From a virus, in the IMG/VR virus record IMGVR_UViG_3300032242_001655, positions 1 to 64,000 of that record: a stretch of DNA of 64,000 nt; one strand, given 5' to 3'. The position numbers were made by a program, and so were the translations under genes. The first letter of the stretch is position 1. Each line of letters begins with the position of its first letter. Of the stretch, positions 10,778 through 20,564 are shown piece after piece. The notes under the pieces are model-generated. The model had not been told where the DNA came from, ran no database searches, and worked only from the letters and a program-made list of their open reading frames with translations.

Positions 10778-11959
10778 ATGGCATTAACTTTCCCACTAAA
10801 CCCGCAGATAGGTGATACCTATACAGCACCTAACGGCTATGTATACACTTGGGACGGCACCAAATGGTACGTTACCAGTGGCGGCTCTGGTGGTGGTGGA
10901 GGCGGTAGCGGGGGAGGCAGTCTAACAATACAGCAAGGCGGTGTTAATGTTAACACCAGTGCTACTACCCTAAACTTCACAGGAACTACATTTACACTGA
11001 CCAGTAGAGCCAGTGTTGTTAACATTTATAGCAATCCTGCTACAACTGCTACATTGGGATCTGTTATTGTTGGCGATAATGTTATGGTTGATAGCAACGG
11101 TGTTATCAGTGTACACGCAGGATTAATTTACTGGGGTGAGCGTTATAACATTATTGATAACACACAGACAGCAGTTGTATCACTATTTGTTGAACCTCAG
11201 ACACAGGGTACTATCGATGCGGCCATTGTACCAAGCGGAGCAGGTGCTAACATAGCCAACGCAGGCGGAAATAAACGTGGTGAATATGCTACAGATTGGC
11301 AAAAACAGATCAATAACAACACGCAGGTAGCGTCAGGTAATTATTCAGTTATATCAGGCGGATCATTTAATCAAGCATCTGGTCAAACAAGTGCGATCAT
11401 AGGCGGTAATAATAATCTTGCCAACAGCGATTATAGTGTTGTGCTTGGTGGACACGGTGCTTCAACAAGAGGTATCACAGGTGCTGTGGTCACTCCAGGA
11501 TTTGCTACGGGCGGTCAATACACAACACAAGGTGCGATGCAGGCCGCTACTTATGTATTAGGTGCTGTGTCAAATGATGCCAGTCCGGTTTATCTAACTA
11601 CAGACGGCAGTGGCAGTAGAACATTAAGCAATCAAATCAGCGGCGGTGATCGCAGTACAATACATTTCAAAGGTACTGTTGTGGGTCGGTTGAATAGTAG
11701 TACTTCACAAAGTGCTTTCTGGACATTCGAAGGACTACTAAAACAGGATGTGGGATCAACTACAACTGATTTTGTTCCAAGTGGAACAGTTCCTGTGGTT
11801 ACTCTTGTAACTGCTACAACCACAGCCAGTGGATGGACAGTGGCATTAGAGATCAATAACCTACTGGGCTGTATGAGTATTCAAGCAATAGGTTCTGCGG
11901 GACAGAATGTTCGTTGGACTAGTAAAATTGAAACAATAGAAATCACGGATGTGGTCTAA
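10778..11959 (+). CDS. Virion fibre-like protein
   Basis: MALTFPLNP...NGYVYTWDGTKW N-terminus, ATTATLGSVIVG motif, ASGNYSVISGG beta-roll repeats; TATAAATA upstream. Confidence 0.65.
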   Translation: MALTFPLNPQIGDTYTAPNGYVYTWDGTKWYVTSGGSGGGGGGSGGGSLTIQQGGVNVNTSATTLNFTGTTFTLTSRASVVNIYSNPATTATLGSVIVGDNVMVDSNGVISVHAGLIYWGERYNIIDNTQTAVVSLFVEPQTQGTIDAAIVPSGAGANIANAGGNKRGEYATDWQKQINNNTQVASGNYSVISGGSFNQASGQTSAIIGGNNNLANSDYSVVLGGHGASTRGITGAVVTPGFATGGQYTTQGAMQAATYVLGAVSNDASPVYLTTDGSGSRTLSNQISGGDRSTIHFKGTVVGRLNSSTSQSAFWTFEGLLKQDVGSTTTDFVPSGTVPVVTLVTATTTASGWTVALEINNLLGCMSIQAIGSAGQNVRWTSKIETIEITDVV

Positions 11960-12007
11960 TAAATACAGAGTCTAAGAACAAAACAGGTCTTAGCAAAAGG
12001 AAAAATT

Positions 12008-12322
12008 ATGTTATCAAAACCAACAGGAAACACCGGGCTATACACCCTAACAACAACTACAGGTACTTGTAATGTAACCACGTTACTAACAGGCGACCGT
12101 TACGGAATTCCAAATCAAACGCTACAGGCAGTTAAGGTTCGAATTGCAGTTACACAACCAGCAGTTATAGCATTTGGTACTGACGTTGCTAATAACAACA
12201 GTGATATTCTAATGCCAGCAAACACTATTGAACATTTTGCTCTTAAAGCAACTAACACAGTATCATATGTACTACTAACTGGTGCCAGTGCTGGTTATAT
12301 TTCAATTACACCAGTAGCATAA
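12008..12322 (+). CDS. Hypothetical late protein
   Basis: RBS AAAGGA; TAAATA near 11960. Confidence 0.55.
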   Translation: MLSKPTGNTGLYTLTTTTGTCNVTTLLTGDRYGIPNQTLQAVKVRIAVTQPAVIAFGTDVANNNSDILMPANTIEHFALKATNTVSYVLLTGASAGYISITPVA

Positions 12323-12331
12323 GGAACCAAC

Positions 12332-12640
12332 ATGAGAATAAGCGATTTATTAAGAAGTTTAGCAGATATGATTTCTCGTGCCGAAGCAGGTGATGCTCCA
12401 CAGCCTCAACCAATGAGCAGTGAACCAGTAAGAGACTTTACTCCACCAAATCAAGATCACGCTCAAGGTGGTGATGTGTTTGTTCCTCCACTACAGGCCA
12501 AATTAGAAATACTTAAAAAATCAGTGGGCATGGACAATGTCTATGACAGTGGAGATGAATTAGATCGCGTAAAGCAGATGGCTGGTTTGCCCATTGCTGT
12601 TCAACAAGAAGCCGCAGACGACGAACCATTTGACGGGTGA
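12332..12640 (+). CDS. Hypothetical acidic protein, MRISDL N-terminus (possible head-internal protein)
   Basis: RBS AAGGA; ELDRVKQMAG motif. Confidence 0.55.
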   Translation: MRISDLLRSLADMISRAEAGDAPQPQPMSSEPVRDFTPPNQDHAQGGDVFVPPLQAKLEILKKSVGMDNVYDSGDELDRVKQMAGLPIAVQQEAADDEPFDG

Positions 12641-12649
12641 GGGTAACCA

Positions 12650-15088
12650 ATGACCCGTAAAGTTACACAAAAGGTTTATTCCAGTAGAGCCAATAAAGTA
12701 GATCCTTCAGTTTATGTAGGTGAAGAAGGACGCCTGTTCTACGAAGAAACCACCGGAACTGGAGTTGCTCCAGTATTAAAATATTCAGACGGTGTTACAC
12801 CGGGTGGTGTTCCTATGATTGGTGGACAAGGTCCACAGGGCGTACAAGGACCACAAGGTGCGACTGGCGTTGGTGTACAAGGCGCAACAGGCTTAGGAGA
12901 AACAGGCTTAACAGGCGCCACTGGTCAAACTGGCCCTGCTGGTGCTACAGGTGATGGCGCTACAGGCTTAACAGGCGCTACAGGACAAAAGGGCGCCACT
13001 GGTGCTAACTCCACAGTACCAGGCGCTACTGGTGCTACCGGTCTCCAAGGACCAATTGGTCCAAACACACCAGCAACTAAAGTTGCGTTAGGCAGTGTAA
13101 TAGTTGGTAACAACATAGATGTTGATGTATTAGGTACTATCAGTATTCCACAGAATGTCAGCACAACTGCTACCATACGCTTTGGTGATCTAACTGTCAA
13201 CAATCTAAATGTTCTAAACACCATAACAAATCTTACGCCAGCGGTGGTAAATGGATATAGACTATACCTAGCCAGTTCTAGCACACAGGACAGTCAGATA
13301 AATGGTGGTGGTATCGTTCTAGGTACCAGCACTTGGCAAACAACACTACTGTATAATCTACCAGAGAATCAGTGGGAAACATCCGACGATACTGGATTTA
13401 AGATACACCATCTTAGCGCAGGTGTATCAACTGTGAGTAATTTAACTGTACTGAACGGAGCAGTATTTGGTTATGTAAATCAAGATCTGGTACTGGCCAA
13501 TGCCTACATACAGGTCAATGCCAACAGCAATAACTTCAGTCAAATAGCCATAGTCAATCACAATACTGGTACTAATGCTTCAGCAGACATTGTGGCCACT
13601 AACGACACAGGCAATGACTCAACTGGCTTTATTGACATGGGTATCAATTCCAGTGTTTATAATACCAGCAGTTGGATCATCAACGGTGCCAATGATGGTT
13701 ACCTATATGTAGCCGGCGGCAGTTTGGCCATTGGTACAGATCGTATCGGTGGCGAGATTAAAACTTTCTTGGGCACAACAGACAATCCTAAAATAATTTC
13801 AGTGGCCAATGCTTCAACCATTACCTATTCTGTGGACCTAATGCCTAGTGTTGATGCCGCTTATCTATTAGGCAAGCCAGGACTGCGTTGGAAGGGTGGA
13901 TACTTTGGTACAGGTTCAGTTTGGATCCAAGACATTTCTTTAGGTACGGACGCTGAACTTACAGTTGACAACGGTGTCTTGTACATCAACGGTGCTTACC
14001 AACTACAGGTAGGACAGTTAAAGTTCTTTCAAAACACCATAGAATCTACAACTGGTGCCGTTGATATCCAGATCGGTCTGACAACCTCAACTGCCAACAT
14101 AAAATTAAATCGCAATGTAGTCATAGCACAGGGCAAGACCTTAACATTTGGCACTAGGGGAACACAGACAGTACCTTGGAACTCAACAGCCACAGTACAG
14201 TGGGCGCAGATCACAGGTGCTCCTAATGTAACTGGCGCAACAGGACCACAAGGACCAGCGGGCAGTAACGGTTCAATTGGTGCCACTGGTGCTCAGGGCG
14301 TACAGGGTACGCAGGGTGTACAAGGCGCAACTGGATATACGGGCGCAACCGGTGCTCAAGGAGTTCAAGGCTCATCAGGTGCCACTGGTGTTGGCCTACA
14401 GGGCAATCAAGGCTCAACTGGTGCTCAAGGTAATCAAGGCTCAACTGGTGTAACAGGTGCTACTGGGGCAGGTGCTACTGGCGCAACAGGCACAGGTGGT
14501 CCTACAGGTGCTACAGGAGCACAAGGACCTACGGGACCAGCAGGTGCCACAGGTGCGGTGGGCGTTACTAGCATTACGGCAGGTACAGGCACAGCCATAT
14601 CAACATCAACCGGTGCTGTTACAGTTTGGAATACTGTTCCAGCATACACATTATCAACGGCTTCTACGTCAACACTAGGCGGAGTTAAAGTTGACGGCAC
14701 CAGCATCACAATCAACAGTGGTGTTATCAGTGCCTCACCTGCTACTATAGATTCATTTAGTTCAACTGTTACCACCATAGCCAACACACTGACCGTGGAT
14801 ATGACCATAGGCCCGAGCATGATATTTTGGCAACCCAGTGCTACAGGTAATAGAACTATCACACTCAGCAACTTCACAGCAGGACGCAGAGTACAAATCT
14901 TTATAACACCCAAAGCGGCTGGAAACACATTTACATTTACAGGTGTCACAGCCGGTCAGTGTAGTAACGGTGGCATTACCTATGTGCTAGGCGGAGGCGG
15001 TTCAGGACAGACCAGTATGATGATTGAAGTATTTTCAACTACCACTGCTATTGGCGGTGTTTGGATATTTGCCTACGGTGGCGTGTAA
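12650..15088 (+). CDS. Collagen-like (Gly-X-Y) tail fibre protein
   Basis: Two G-X-Y tracts (GATG/GPQG); [18 protein letters not shown] motif. Confidence 0.8.
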   Translation: MTRKVTQKVYSSRANKVDPSVYVGEEGRLFYEETTGTGVAPVLKYSDGVTPGGVPMIGGQGPQGVQGPQGATGVGVQGATGLGETGLTGATGQTGPAGATGDGATGLTGATGQKGATGANSTVPGATGATGLQGPIGPNTPATKVALGSVIVGNNIDVDVLGTISIPQNVSTTATIRFGDLTVNNLNVLNTITNLTPAVVNGYRLYLASSSTQDSQINGGGIVLGTSTWQTTLLYNLPENQWETSDDTGFKIHHLSAGVSTVSNLTVLNGAVFGYVNQDLVLANAYIQVNANSNNFSQIAIVNHNTGTNASADIVATNDTGNDSTGFIDMGINSSVYNTSSWIINGANDGYLYVAGGSLAIGTDRIGGEIKTFLGTTDNPKIISVANASTITYSVDLMPSVDAAYLLGKPGLRWKGGYFGTGSVWIQDISLGTDAELTVDNGVLYINGAYQLQVGQLKFFQNTIESTTGAVDIQIGLTTSTANIKLNRNVVIAQGKTLTFGTRGTQTVPWNSTATVQWAQITGAPNVTGATGPQGPAGSNGSIGATGAQGVQGTQGVQGATGYTGATGAQGVQGSSGATGVGLQGNQGSTGAQGNQGSTGVTGATGAGATGATGTGGPTGATGAQGPTGPAGATGAVGVTSITAGTGTAISTSTGAVTVWNTVPAYTLSTASTSTLGGVKVDGTSITINSGVISASPATIDSFSSTVTTIANTLTVDMTIGPSMIFWQPSATGNRTITLSNFTAGRRVQIFITPKAAGNTFTFTGVTAGQCSNGGITYVLGGGGSGQTSMMIEVFSTTTAIGGVWIFAYGGV

Positions 15089-15121
15089 TAAATAATATAC
15101 CAACTTTATAAAGGTGATTAT

Positions 15122-15940
15122 ATGAAAAAACTACTATTTGTACTGCTACTCGCAGTTACAGGATTGGCCAATGCTTGGACACAACGAGCACCGTTTCCTC
15201 CAGCACAATGCCAAGCACACGCACCCTACGGTTTCCCGCAAACTGCCGGTGTACAACCACTTTGCCAACAAGCATATCTATCAGGATATGATGCGGCTGC
15301 TAAACTACCTAAGTATGTGACCTACACACTATTGCCACAAAACGCTCTCGGCTGTGTTGCTCGTACTAACGCATTTGTGGCCAACCAATTTGTACCTAAT
15401 GGTGCTGTTCCCGGTGACTATGCTGGCACAGGCTACGACAAAGGACACATGGCTCCGGATGGAGACTTATCATGGGATCCACAGGTAGAGTATGAATCAT
15501 TCCTAATGACTAATATGAGTCCACAAGCAGGCTCACTAAATCGTGGTATTTGGAAACTGCTTGAAACATCAGTGCGTGGTTGGGCGGTACAACGTAACCA
15601 ATCATACACAATCTATGTAGGCGGTGTATACGATGCTAACGATCCTAAGATTGGAGCAGGTGTTGTTGTACCACACGGTTTCTATAAAATTGTTATCAAT
15701 AATACTACTAAAGAAATTGCTGGCTGGGCATTCCCACACACAAAACCATATCCTAACCTAGGCAACGATCTAACCAAATTCCGTATGCCTATCGCACAGA
15801 TACAACAGACAGCAGGTGTACAATTTGCTTACCCACAGGGAGCAGTTGAACTACAGCCAGGCAAAGAATGGCCTGTTGATTTTGGAGCGTTGACCAATGC
15901 TAAGAGAGCAAAGTGTGGCGCTAATGCGTCAACTGATTGA
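15122..15940 (+). CDS. Secreted DNA/RNA non-specific endonuclease (NucA/Serratia family)
   Basis: Sec signal MKKLLFVLLLAVTGLANA; DKGH, TNMSPQ and LNRGIW active-site motifs. Confidence 0.9.
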   Translation: MKKLLFVLLLAVTGLANAWTQRAPFPPAQCQAHAPYGFPQTAGVQPLCQQAYLSGYDAAAKLPKYVTYTLLPQNALGCVARTNAFVANQFVPNGAVPGDYAGTGYDKGHMAPDGDLSWDPQVEYESFLMTNMSPQAGSLNRGIWKLLETSVRGWAVQRNQSYTIYVGGVYDANDPKIGAGVVVPHGFYKIVINNTTKEIAGWAFPHTKPYPNLGNDLTKFRMPIAQIQQTAGVQFAYPQGAVELQPGKEWPVDFGALTNAKRAKCGANASTD

Positions 15941-16019
15941 TTGTATTATAGAGGGCTTGTCCCGCTATGGCTGCGGTATGATGGGAATAGCATACCCAGA
16001 TGATAAGAACCCACCTTAG
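15924..16019 (+). CDS. Possible 31-aa micro-ORF MRQLIDCIIEGLSRYGCGMMGIAYPDDKNPP
   Basis: Overlaps the nuclease 3' end; TAG stop at the start of the structured element; weak RBS. Confidence 0.35.
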   Translation: MRQLIDCIIEGLSRYGCGMMGIAYPDDKNPP

Positions 16020-16110
16020 GGCACGTTAGTCGTCACGGTTATAGGCGTCCGCGCAATTGAACTGCACCGCGTAGTGTGCTGGGGGATAAAGTAACCCCCT
16101 TATTTTTTTC
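16011..16110 (+). ncRNA. Candidate structured RNA (multi-stem junction) followed by an intrinsic terminator
   Basis: GC-rich island; GGCAC/GTGCT closing stem enclosing TAGTCG/CGGTTA and CGCG/CGCG stems; G-U pairs favour the + strand; GGGGG-N9-CCCCC hairpin plus T tract. Confidence 0.45.
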
Positions 16111-16651
16111 TTGGGCCCATAACTCTACCACGCATGTACCCTTCTGGACATATTTCACAATATGTAGAAGTTTTAGTAATAGGATGATGCCACCAATGCC
16201 ATCCAGCACAGGTCTTGAAATTATTTCCACGTTTTTTATTTGCTTCTGATAATTTTTTCTTTGTTTCTTCAGAAACAATATGTTTAGAATTTGTTATTGA
16301 TATTTTACGTTTTGTTTCTTCAGACCTTGGTATTCCAGTTTTAGCAATTGACATTTTTCTTTTAGATTCTTCTGAAAGTTTTAGCCCACTACCACCATCT
16401 CCGCCGTCAGTTTTATTATATAAAATTCCTGTACCAAGATCTTTCCTCCCCCACCATTTTATCATTCGTCTTTCAAATGCCAAGGCTCCTAATTCGGTCA
16501 GATTGGTTTCTAATTTAATTATTCTATTTTTATCTTTAGGAGGTTTTGAAATACGGTCATTGTCATAGGCTCTACGGCCTTTGCCTTTTCCTATATAGTA
16601 GGGTGTGCCGTCCTTTCTTAGGTAGGCATAAACATAATAATGTAAATACAT
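16100..16651 (-). mobile_element. Free-standing GIY-YIG-like homing endonuclease with NUMOD3 repeats
   Basis: [25 protein letters not shown] and three SEE(S/T)K(R/K)K repeats; lies opposite to the flanking genes. Confidence 0.8.
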
Positions 16652-16756
16652 TGCTGATAAGGTCCTTTCTTGTTAGAGTAGTTGGATACGCCAATATCGC
16701 GAACTACATTCATATTTAGTATTTGAACACAGATTGAGATATTAATAAATACTCCA

Positions 16757-17830
16757 ATGCGAGCACGAGAATTTCTATCTGAAGCAAAACAACCTGATCT
16801 AATCTCAATCTTTAGAGATTTTCTGCCCTACGCAATGAAAGAACTAAAACTCGATCATTTGCCCCCAATTAAATTAGAATTAAAAATCAATGATGAACAT
16901 CAGCCTACATTTGGTAAGTTTGTCAATGATGAAGGTGTTATATACCTTGCCATAGAAGATCGTCATCCACTGGACATCATTCGCACACTGGCACACGAAC
17001 TTGTTCACTACAAACAGGGCGTGGAACACAGACTAGGACCTCGGAGCGGCGAAACAGGTTCAGCAGAAGAGAATCAAGCACACGAGATAGCGGGTGTTAT
17101 TATGCGTCATTTTAACAAGGATTCACGTCAATACTTTGACGAACCGGCGGTGAATTTGCGTGAAAGCAGTGAAGAAATACACAATTATCCCAAGTTAGAT
17201 CGAATACTGGATAGACTTGCTAAGATGGTTAATAAAGGGCAACGTATAGATTCGGAAAAATACGGAATGGTTGCGGCCTGTGTACTAGATCCAGATAACC
17301 GTATGGTTGCAGGACTTAACATGCCCGGACCTAATGGCACACGCCGTCACGCAGAACGTGTGGCTATAGACAAGTATCAGGCACAGCATGGTGCTATTCC
17401 ACCAGGCAGTATTGTGCTTACCACTTGCTCACCTTGCTCAGAACATATGGATGAGCGTTATCAAGAATCCTGTACAGAACTATTAAACAAAGTAGGTATT
17501 AAGAAAGTCTACTGCGGTTTCCGTGATCCTACACAAGCAGAAGATGATCGTGAGTTTGACATAATGGAAACCAGTGATAAAGGCATCCGACAAGAATGCC
17601 GTTCGTTTGCTGAAACATTTATGGAATATGAACATGATCAACAAACAGAAAACTTTGCCGATGGTAAGAATCCAGGACGTAAAGGTTTAGCCAAACGTTC
17701 GGGTGTAAACACCAAAGCATCAATCAGCAGTCTACGCAACACAGCAAAACATTCGTCAGGTGAAAAGGCTCGTATGGCACATTGGCTTGCCAATATGAAA
17801 TCAGGTAGAAAGAAACATGCGAGCAAGTGA
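16757..17830 (+). CDS. Multi-domain protein: HExxH zincin + zinc-dependent deaminase + basic C-terminal module; MRAREF N-terminus
   Basis: LAHELVH; HAE...TCSPCSE...C; ENFADGKNPGRKG module. Confidence 0.7.
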   Translation: MRAREFLSEAKQPDLISIFRDFLPYAMKELKLDHLPPIKLELKINDEHQPTFGKFVNDEGVIYLAIEDRHPLDIIRTLAHELVHYKQGVEHRLGPRSGETGSAEENQAHEIAGVIMRHFNKDSRQYFDEPAVNLRESSEEIHNYPKLDRILDRLAKMVNKGQRIDSEKYGMVAACVLDPDNRMVAGLNMPGPNGTRRHAERVAIDKYQAQHGAIPPGSIVLTTCSPCSEHMDERYQESCTELLNKVGIKKVYCGFRDPTQAEDDREFDIMETSDKGIRQECRSFAETFMEYEHDQQTENFADGKNPGRKGLAKRSGVNTKASISSLRNTAKHSSGEKARMAHWLANMKSGRKKHASK

Positions 17831-19055
17831 AATACAATCAAATAAACTTGTGATATTTGATATCGATGATACTCTAGTTCATACCCAAACTAAAGTCCAC
17901 GTTATCAAAGATGGCCATGTTGTCAAAAGTCTTAACAGTCACGACTTTACTCATTACAAACTTCAACCTGGTGAAGAATTTGACTTTGGTGATTTTAGAG
18001 ATGCTAAAGAATTCTTTGCCAATGCCAAACCAATTATTCCTATGCTTGACCAACTTAAACAAGACATTGCTACAGGCAATAAAGTTGTGATGGTTACAGC
18101 CAGAGCAGACTTCAATGATAAAGAATTGTTTTTAGATACCTTTCGCAAGTATGGTGTAGATATGAACAAGGTTCATGTTTACCGTGCTGGTAATATGACT
18201 GGAAAAATACAAACTGAAGAAAAGAAAAAGATCATCATACGTAATTTATTAGACAAAGGCAACTACACCAAGGCCATAATGTATGACGATGCTGTTCCAA
18301 ACTTACATAGTTTTATGGAACTTAAAGCAGAATATCCAAATACCAAGTTCTATGCCTGGCATGTGAGCCTGGAAGGCGAAGCCAGCGAGTATAGTAGAAC
18401 CAATGAAGACCTCGATCGTAGAGGATTCCTTAAAGGATTAGGTGGGGCCGCTGTAGCCGCCGCTGGGTTGAGTGCGCAGGATGCTACTGGTGCTGAATTA
18501 AAGAAAATCAAAGTAGTTGATAATCCTAAATCAAGACTATTATACGATACAGCCAAACCTTATATCAAAGGCACAGAACTAGCACAGTTCATGGCACAGT
18601 GCGCTCACGAAACTGCTAACTTTTCTACTCTAGTAGAATTTGGCGGTCCTGAACATTTTAAAAAATACGATCCACAGTTTAATCCTAAAAAAGCACAAGA
18701 ACTAGGCAACACACAGCCCGGTGATGGTGAAAAATATAAAGGACGTGGATTCCTACAGATCACGGGCCGTGACAATTATAAACGTATTGGTCAAAGTCTT
18801 AAACTGCCATTAGAGCAGAAACCAGAGATGGTAGAAAAACCAGAAGTAGCCGCTTGGACTAGTGTATGGTACTGGATTAAACAGGTCCGCGACAAGGTAA
18901 AAAACTTTGGTAATACAAAACAGGCAACTAAGCCTATCAACCCTGGACTAAAAGGTTTAAAGGATAGAGAGAAAAAGTTTGCCAACTATCAAGCGGCAAT
19001 GGCACCACCTAAAGATAAACATCATCCACATGACATCAAAGTGGCCTCAAGATGA
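17817..19055 (+). CDS. HAD-family phosphatase fused via an internal Tat-like segment to a GH19 lysozyme/chitinase
   Basis: FDIDDT, VTAR and YDD HAD motifs; DRRGFLKGLGGAAVAAAG; FMAQCAHET and YKGRGFLQITGRDNY GH19 motifs. Confidence 0.8.
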   Translation: MRASEIQSNKLVIFDIDDTLVHTQTKVHVIKDGHVVKSLNSHDFTHYKLQPGEEFDFGDFRDAKEFFANAKPIIPMLDQLKQDIATGNKVVMVTARADFNDKELFLDTFRKYGVDMNKVHVYRAGNMTGKIQTEEKKKIIIRNLLDKGNYTKAIMYDDAVPNLHSFMELKAEYPNTKFYAWHVSLEGEASEYSRTNEDLDRRGFLKGLGGAAVAAAGLSAQDATGAELKKIKVVDNPKSRLLYDTAKPYIKGTELAQFMAQCAHETANFSTLVEFGGPEHFKKYDPQFNPKKAQELGNTQPGDGEKYKGRGFLQITGRDNYKRIGQSLKLPLEQKPEMVEKPEVAAWTSVWYWIKQVRDKVKNFGNTKQATKPINPGLKGLKDREKKFANYQAAMAPPKDKHHPHDIKVASR

Positions 19056-19318
19056 AACAGTATAGAATAACTGGTTTCCCAGTTGAGACTTCGACTGATC
19101 CAGACTGTCATTTATCACCGGATGATCCTATACATCAATTAAAAGCCAGCAACTGGCTTGGTGAGTTAGGTGCAGAAGCAAGACTGGCTGAATACAACAA
19201 AACTAAATCAGTAACTTGGAATGATCAAGGATCACAAAACGCACGTATTATGCGTGAGCAGGGTATAAAGCCTGGAACACCTGCTTGGTTTGAACTGTGG
19301 TTTGGTAAGCGCAAATAA
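19052..19318 (+). CDS. Hypothetical phage protein (IKPGTPAWFELWF)
   Basis: ATGA overlap with the previous gene. Confidence 0.6.
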   Translation: MKQYRITGFPVETSTDPDCHLSPDDPIHQLKASNWLGELGAEARLAEYNKTKSVTWNDQGSQNARIMREQGIKPGTPAWFELWFGKRK

Positions 19319-19319
19319 C

Positions 19320-19341
19320 AAACCCCGGAGTTACCCGGGGT
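19320..19341 (-). terminator. Hairpin terminator between convergent genes
   Basis: CCCCGG-AGTTAC-CCGGGG with a T run on the minus strand. Confidence 0.6.
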
Positions 19342-19373
19342 CTGGACTAATGGTGGCTACGCCTTAATTATTA

Positions 19374-19646
19374 TTATTTTTTACTAGCGCCAGCATTAAC
19401 AAATGCGTACATTTTTTCTGCTGTTTCTAAAACTTTATCAAGTCCTGGAAATGATGGCATAGCAACTGTGCTAACAATTTGACCAGTCTTCTCATCGCGA
19501 GTAGCAGTCATTTCCCAACCTTGGAACTTAGCGTGAAATTCTTCGCTAACTAGGCCCTTAGCCATGTCTAAGATATCTGTACGGATTTCGTAGCCGTTTT
19601 TGTTAAATTTAACTTCTGGTAGTTTTGGTGTTTCGAATTGTGACAT
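19374..19646 (-). CDS. Hypothetical phage protein (KNGYEIRTDIL)
   Basis: RBS AAGGAG; TAAATA on the minus strand near 19701-19706. Confidence 0.7.
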   Translation of the reverse strand: MSQFETPKLPEVKFNKNGYEIRTDILDMAKGLVSEEFHAKFQGWEMTATRDEKTGQIVSTVAMPSFPGLDKVLETAEKMYAFVNAGASKK

Positions 19647-19753
19647 TGTAAATCTCCTTGTGTGTTAATGTCTGTATAAGCAGTAACCTTACTGCCTAAG
19701 TATTTATTGTATAGGGTATCGCACAATAAGTAAAGCGATGTGAACAAATTAGA

Positions 19754-19840
19754 TTATTTTCCGATGTGTGACAATCTTGCTTTGCGAGCACCTTCAAGTA
19801 CTTCATAAACAAAGTTCATAAATTCTTTAATAGTTTTCAT
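19754..19840 (-). CDS. 28-aa micro-ORF MKTIKEFMNFVYEVLEGARKARLSHIGK
   Basis: TAATG coupling to the upstream ORF; AGGA RBS. Confidence 0.55.
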   Translation of the reverse strand: MKTIKEFMNFVYEVLEGARKARLSHIGK

Positions 19841-19953
19841 TATGTGTTCCTATATGTTTTATTAAAATTTAGTACATAGGCCTCTGCCTCTGCTTGTTTG
19901 ATTCTTACCATTTTGACAAACCAACGTTTGTATAGACGTTTTAGAGTTTTCAT
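19840..19953 (-). CDS. 37-aa micro-ORF MKTLKRLYKRWFVKMVRIKQAEAEAYVLNFNKTYRNT
   Basis: ATGA coupling; AGGAG RBS. Confidence 0.55.
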   Translation of the reverse strand: MKTLKRLYKRWFVKMVRIKQAEAEAYVLNFNKTYRNT

Positions 19954-20102
19954 ATAAAACTCCTATATCTTTGTTGTTGGTCATATTGACGTACCCAATA
20001 ATCTACTTCTGCTGGTGTACTAGGATTTTTGCTTGCAATATATGATTCCAATCCTGTTGGAATATAAAACAACTTTTTGAGTTGACTTAATAATTTTAAC
20101 AT
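19950..20102 (-). CDS. 50-aa DUF3563-like protein
   Basis: LESYIASKNPSTPAEVDYWVRQYD; RBS AAAGGA; TAAATA on the minus strand near 20157-20162. Confidence 0.6.
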   Translation of the reverse strand: MLKLLSQLKKLFYIPTGLESYIASKNPSTPAEVDYWVRQYDQQQRYRSFI

Positions 20103-20264
20103 TTTGTGTTTTCCTTTGCTGTGTGTTAAATGTAGTACTTATGGTTTCTACTGAGTATTTATACTAGTATATATGCGACCGCACAAAAAAGCAATTTGTG
20201 TTACGCCAAATCGTTTGCTATAATCGTGAAAGACTTTACAATAAATATTCAAAAGGAAAGTTAC

Positions 20265-20564
20265 GTGAAACGACAAACTCGATCCCTATTAGAAGAACTC
20301 AATGCTATAGCAGTTAAGAAAGATTCTGGGTCTATCATAGAAGCCCGAGCCGCACATGTTATAGACAGTGCTATCAACCTAATTGCTACTATTAGGGAAA
20401 ACTTTGATCAAGATGCCGCATTTGAACTAGAAAAACGACTATTAAACAGTATAAGAGCCGCAGATCCTGCTAAGTTTACACGTGGTATACGTAAACTACG
20501 TGATAGTAAAGAACCCGCTCGTGGACTTAAAGTAATTGAAGAAAACACAAAAGAAGACCAATAA
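20265..20564 (+). CDS. Hypothetical phage protein
   Basis: The GTG start after the AAAGGA RBS and TAAATA (20242) is preferred over TTG 20196. Confidence 0.6.
   Translation: MKRQTRSLLEELNAIAVKKDSGSIIEARAAHVIDSAINLIATIRENFDQDAAFELEKRLLNSIRAADPAKFTRGIRKLRDSKEPARGLKVIEENTKEDQ

Noticed and set aside
12820-14560. Collagen-coding repeats as a CRISPR or satellite array
   Set aside because: They are in-frame G-X-Y codon repeats with wobble variation and no repeat-spacer structure.
16100-16651. Group I intron around the homing endonuclease
   Set aside because: No interrupted gene is evident and I could not identify intron core elements.
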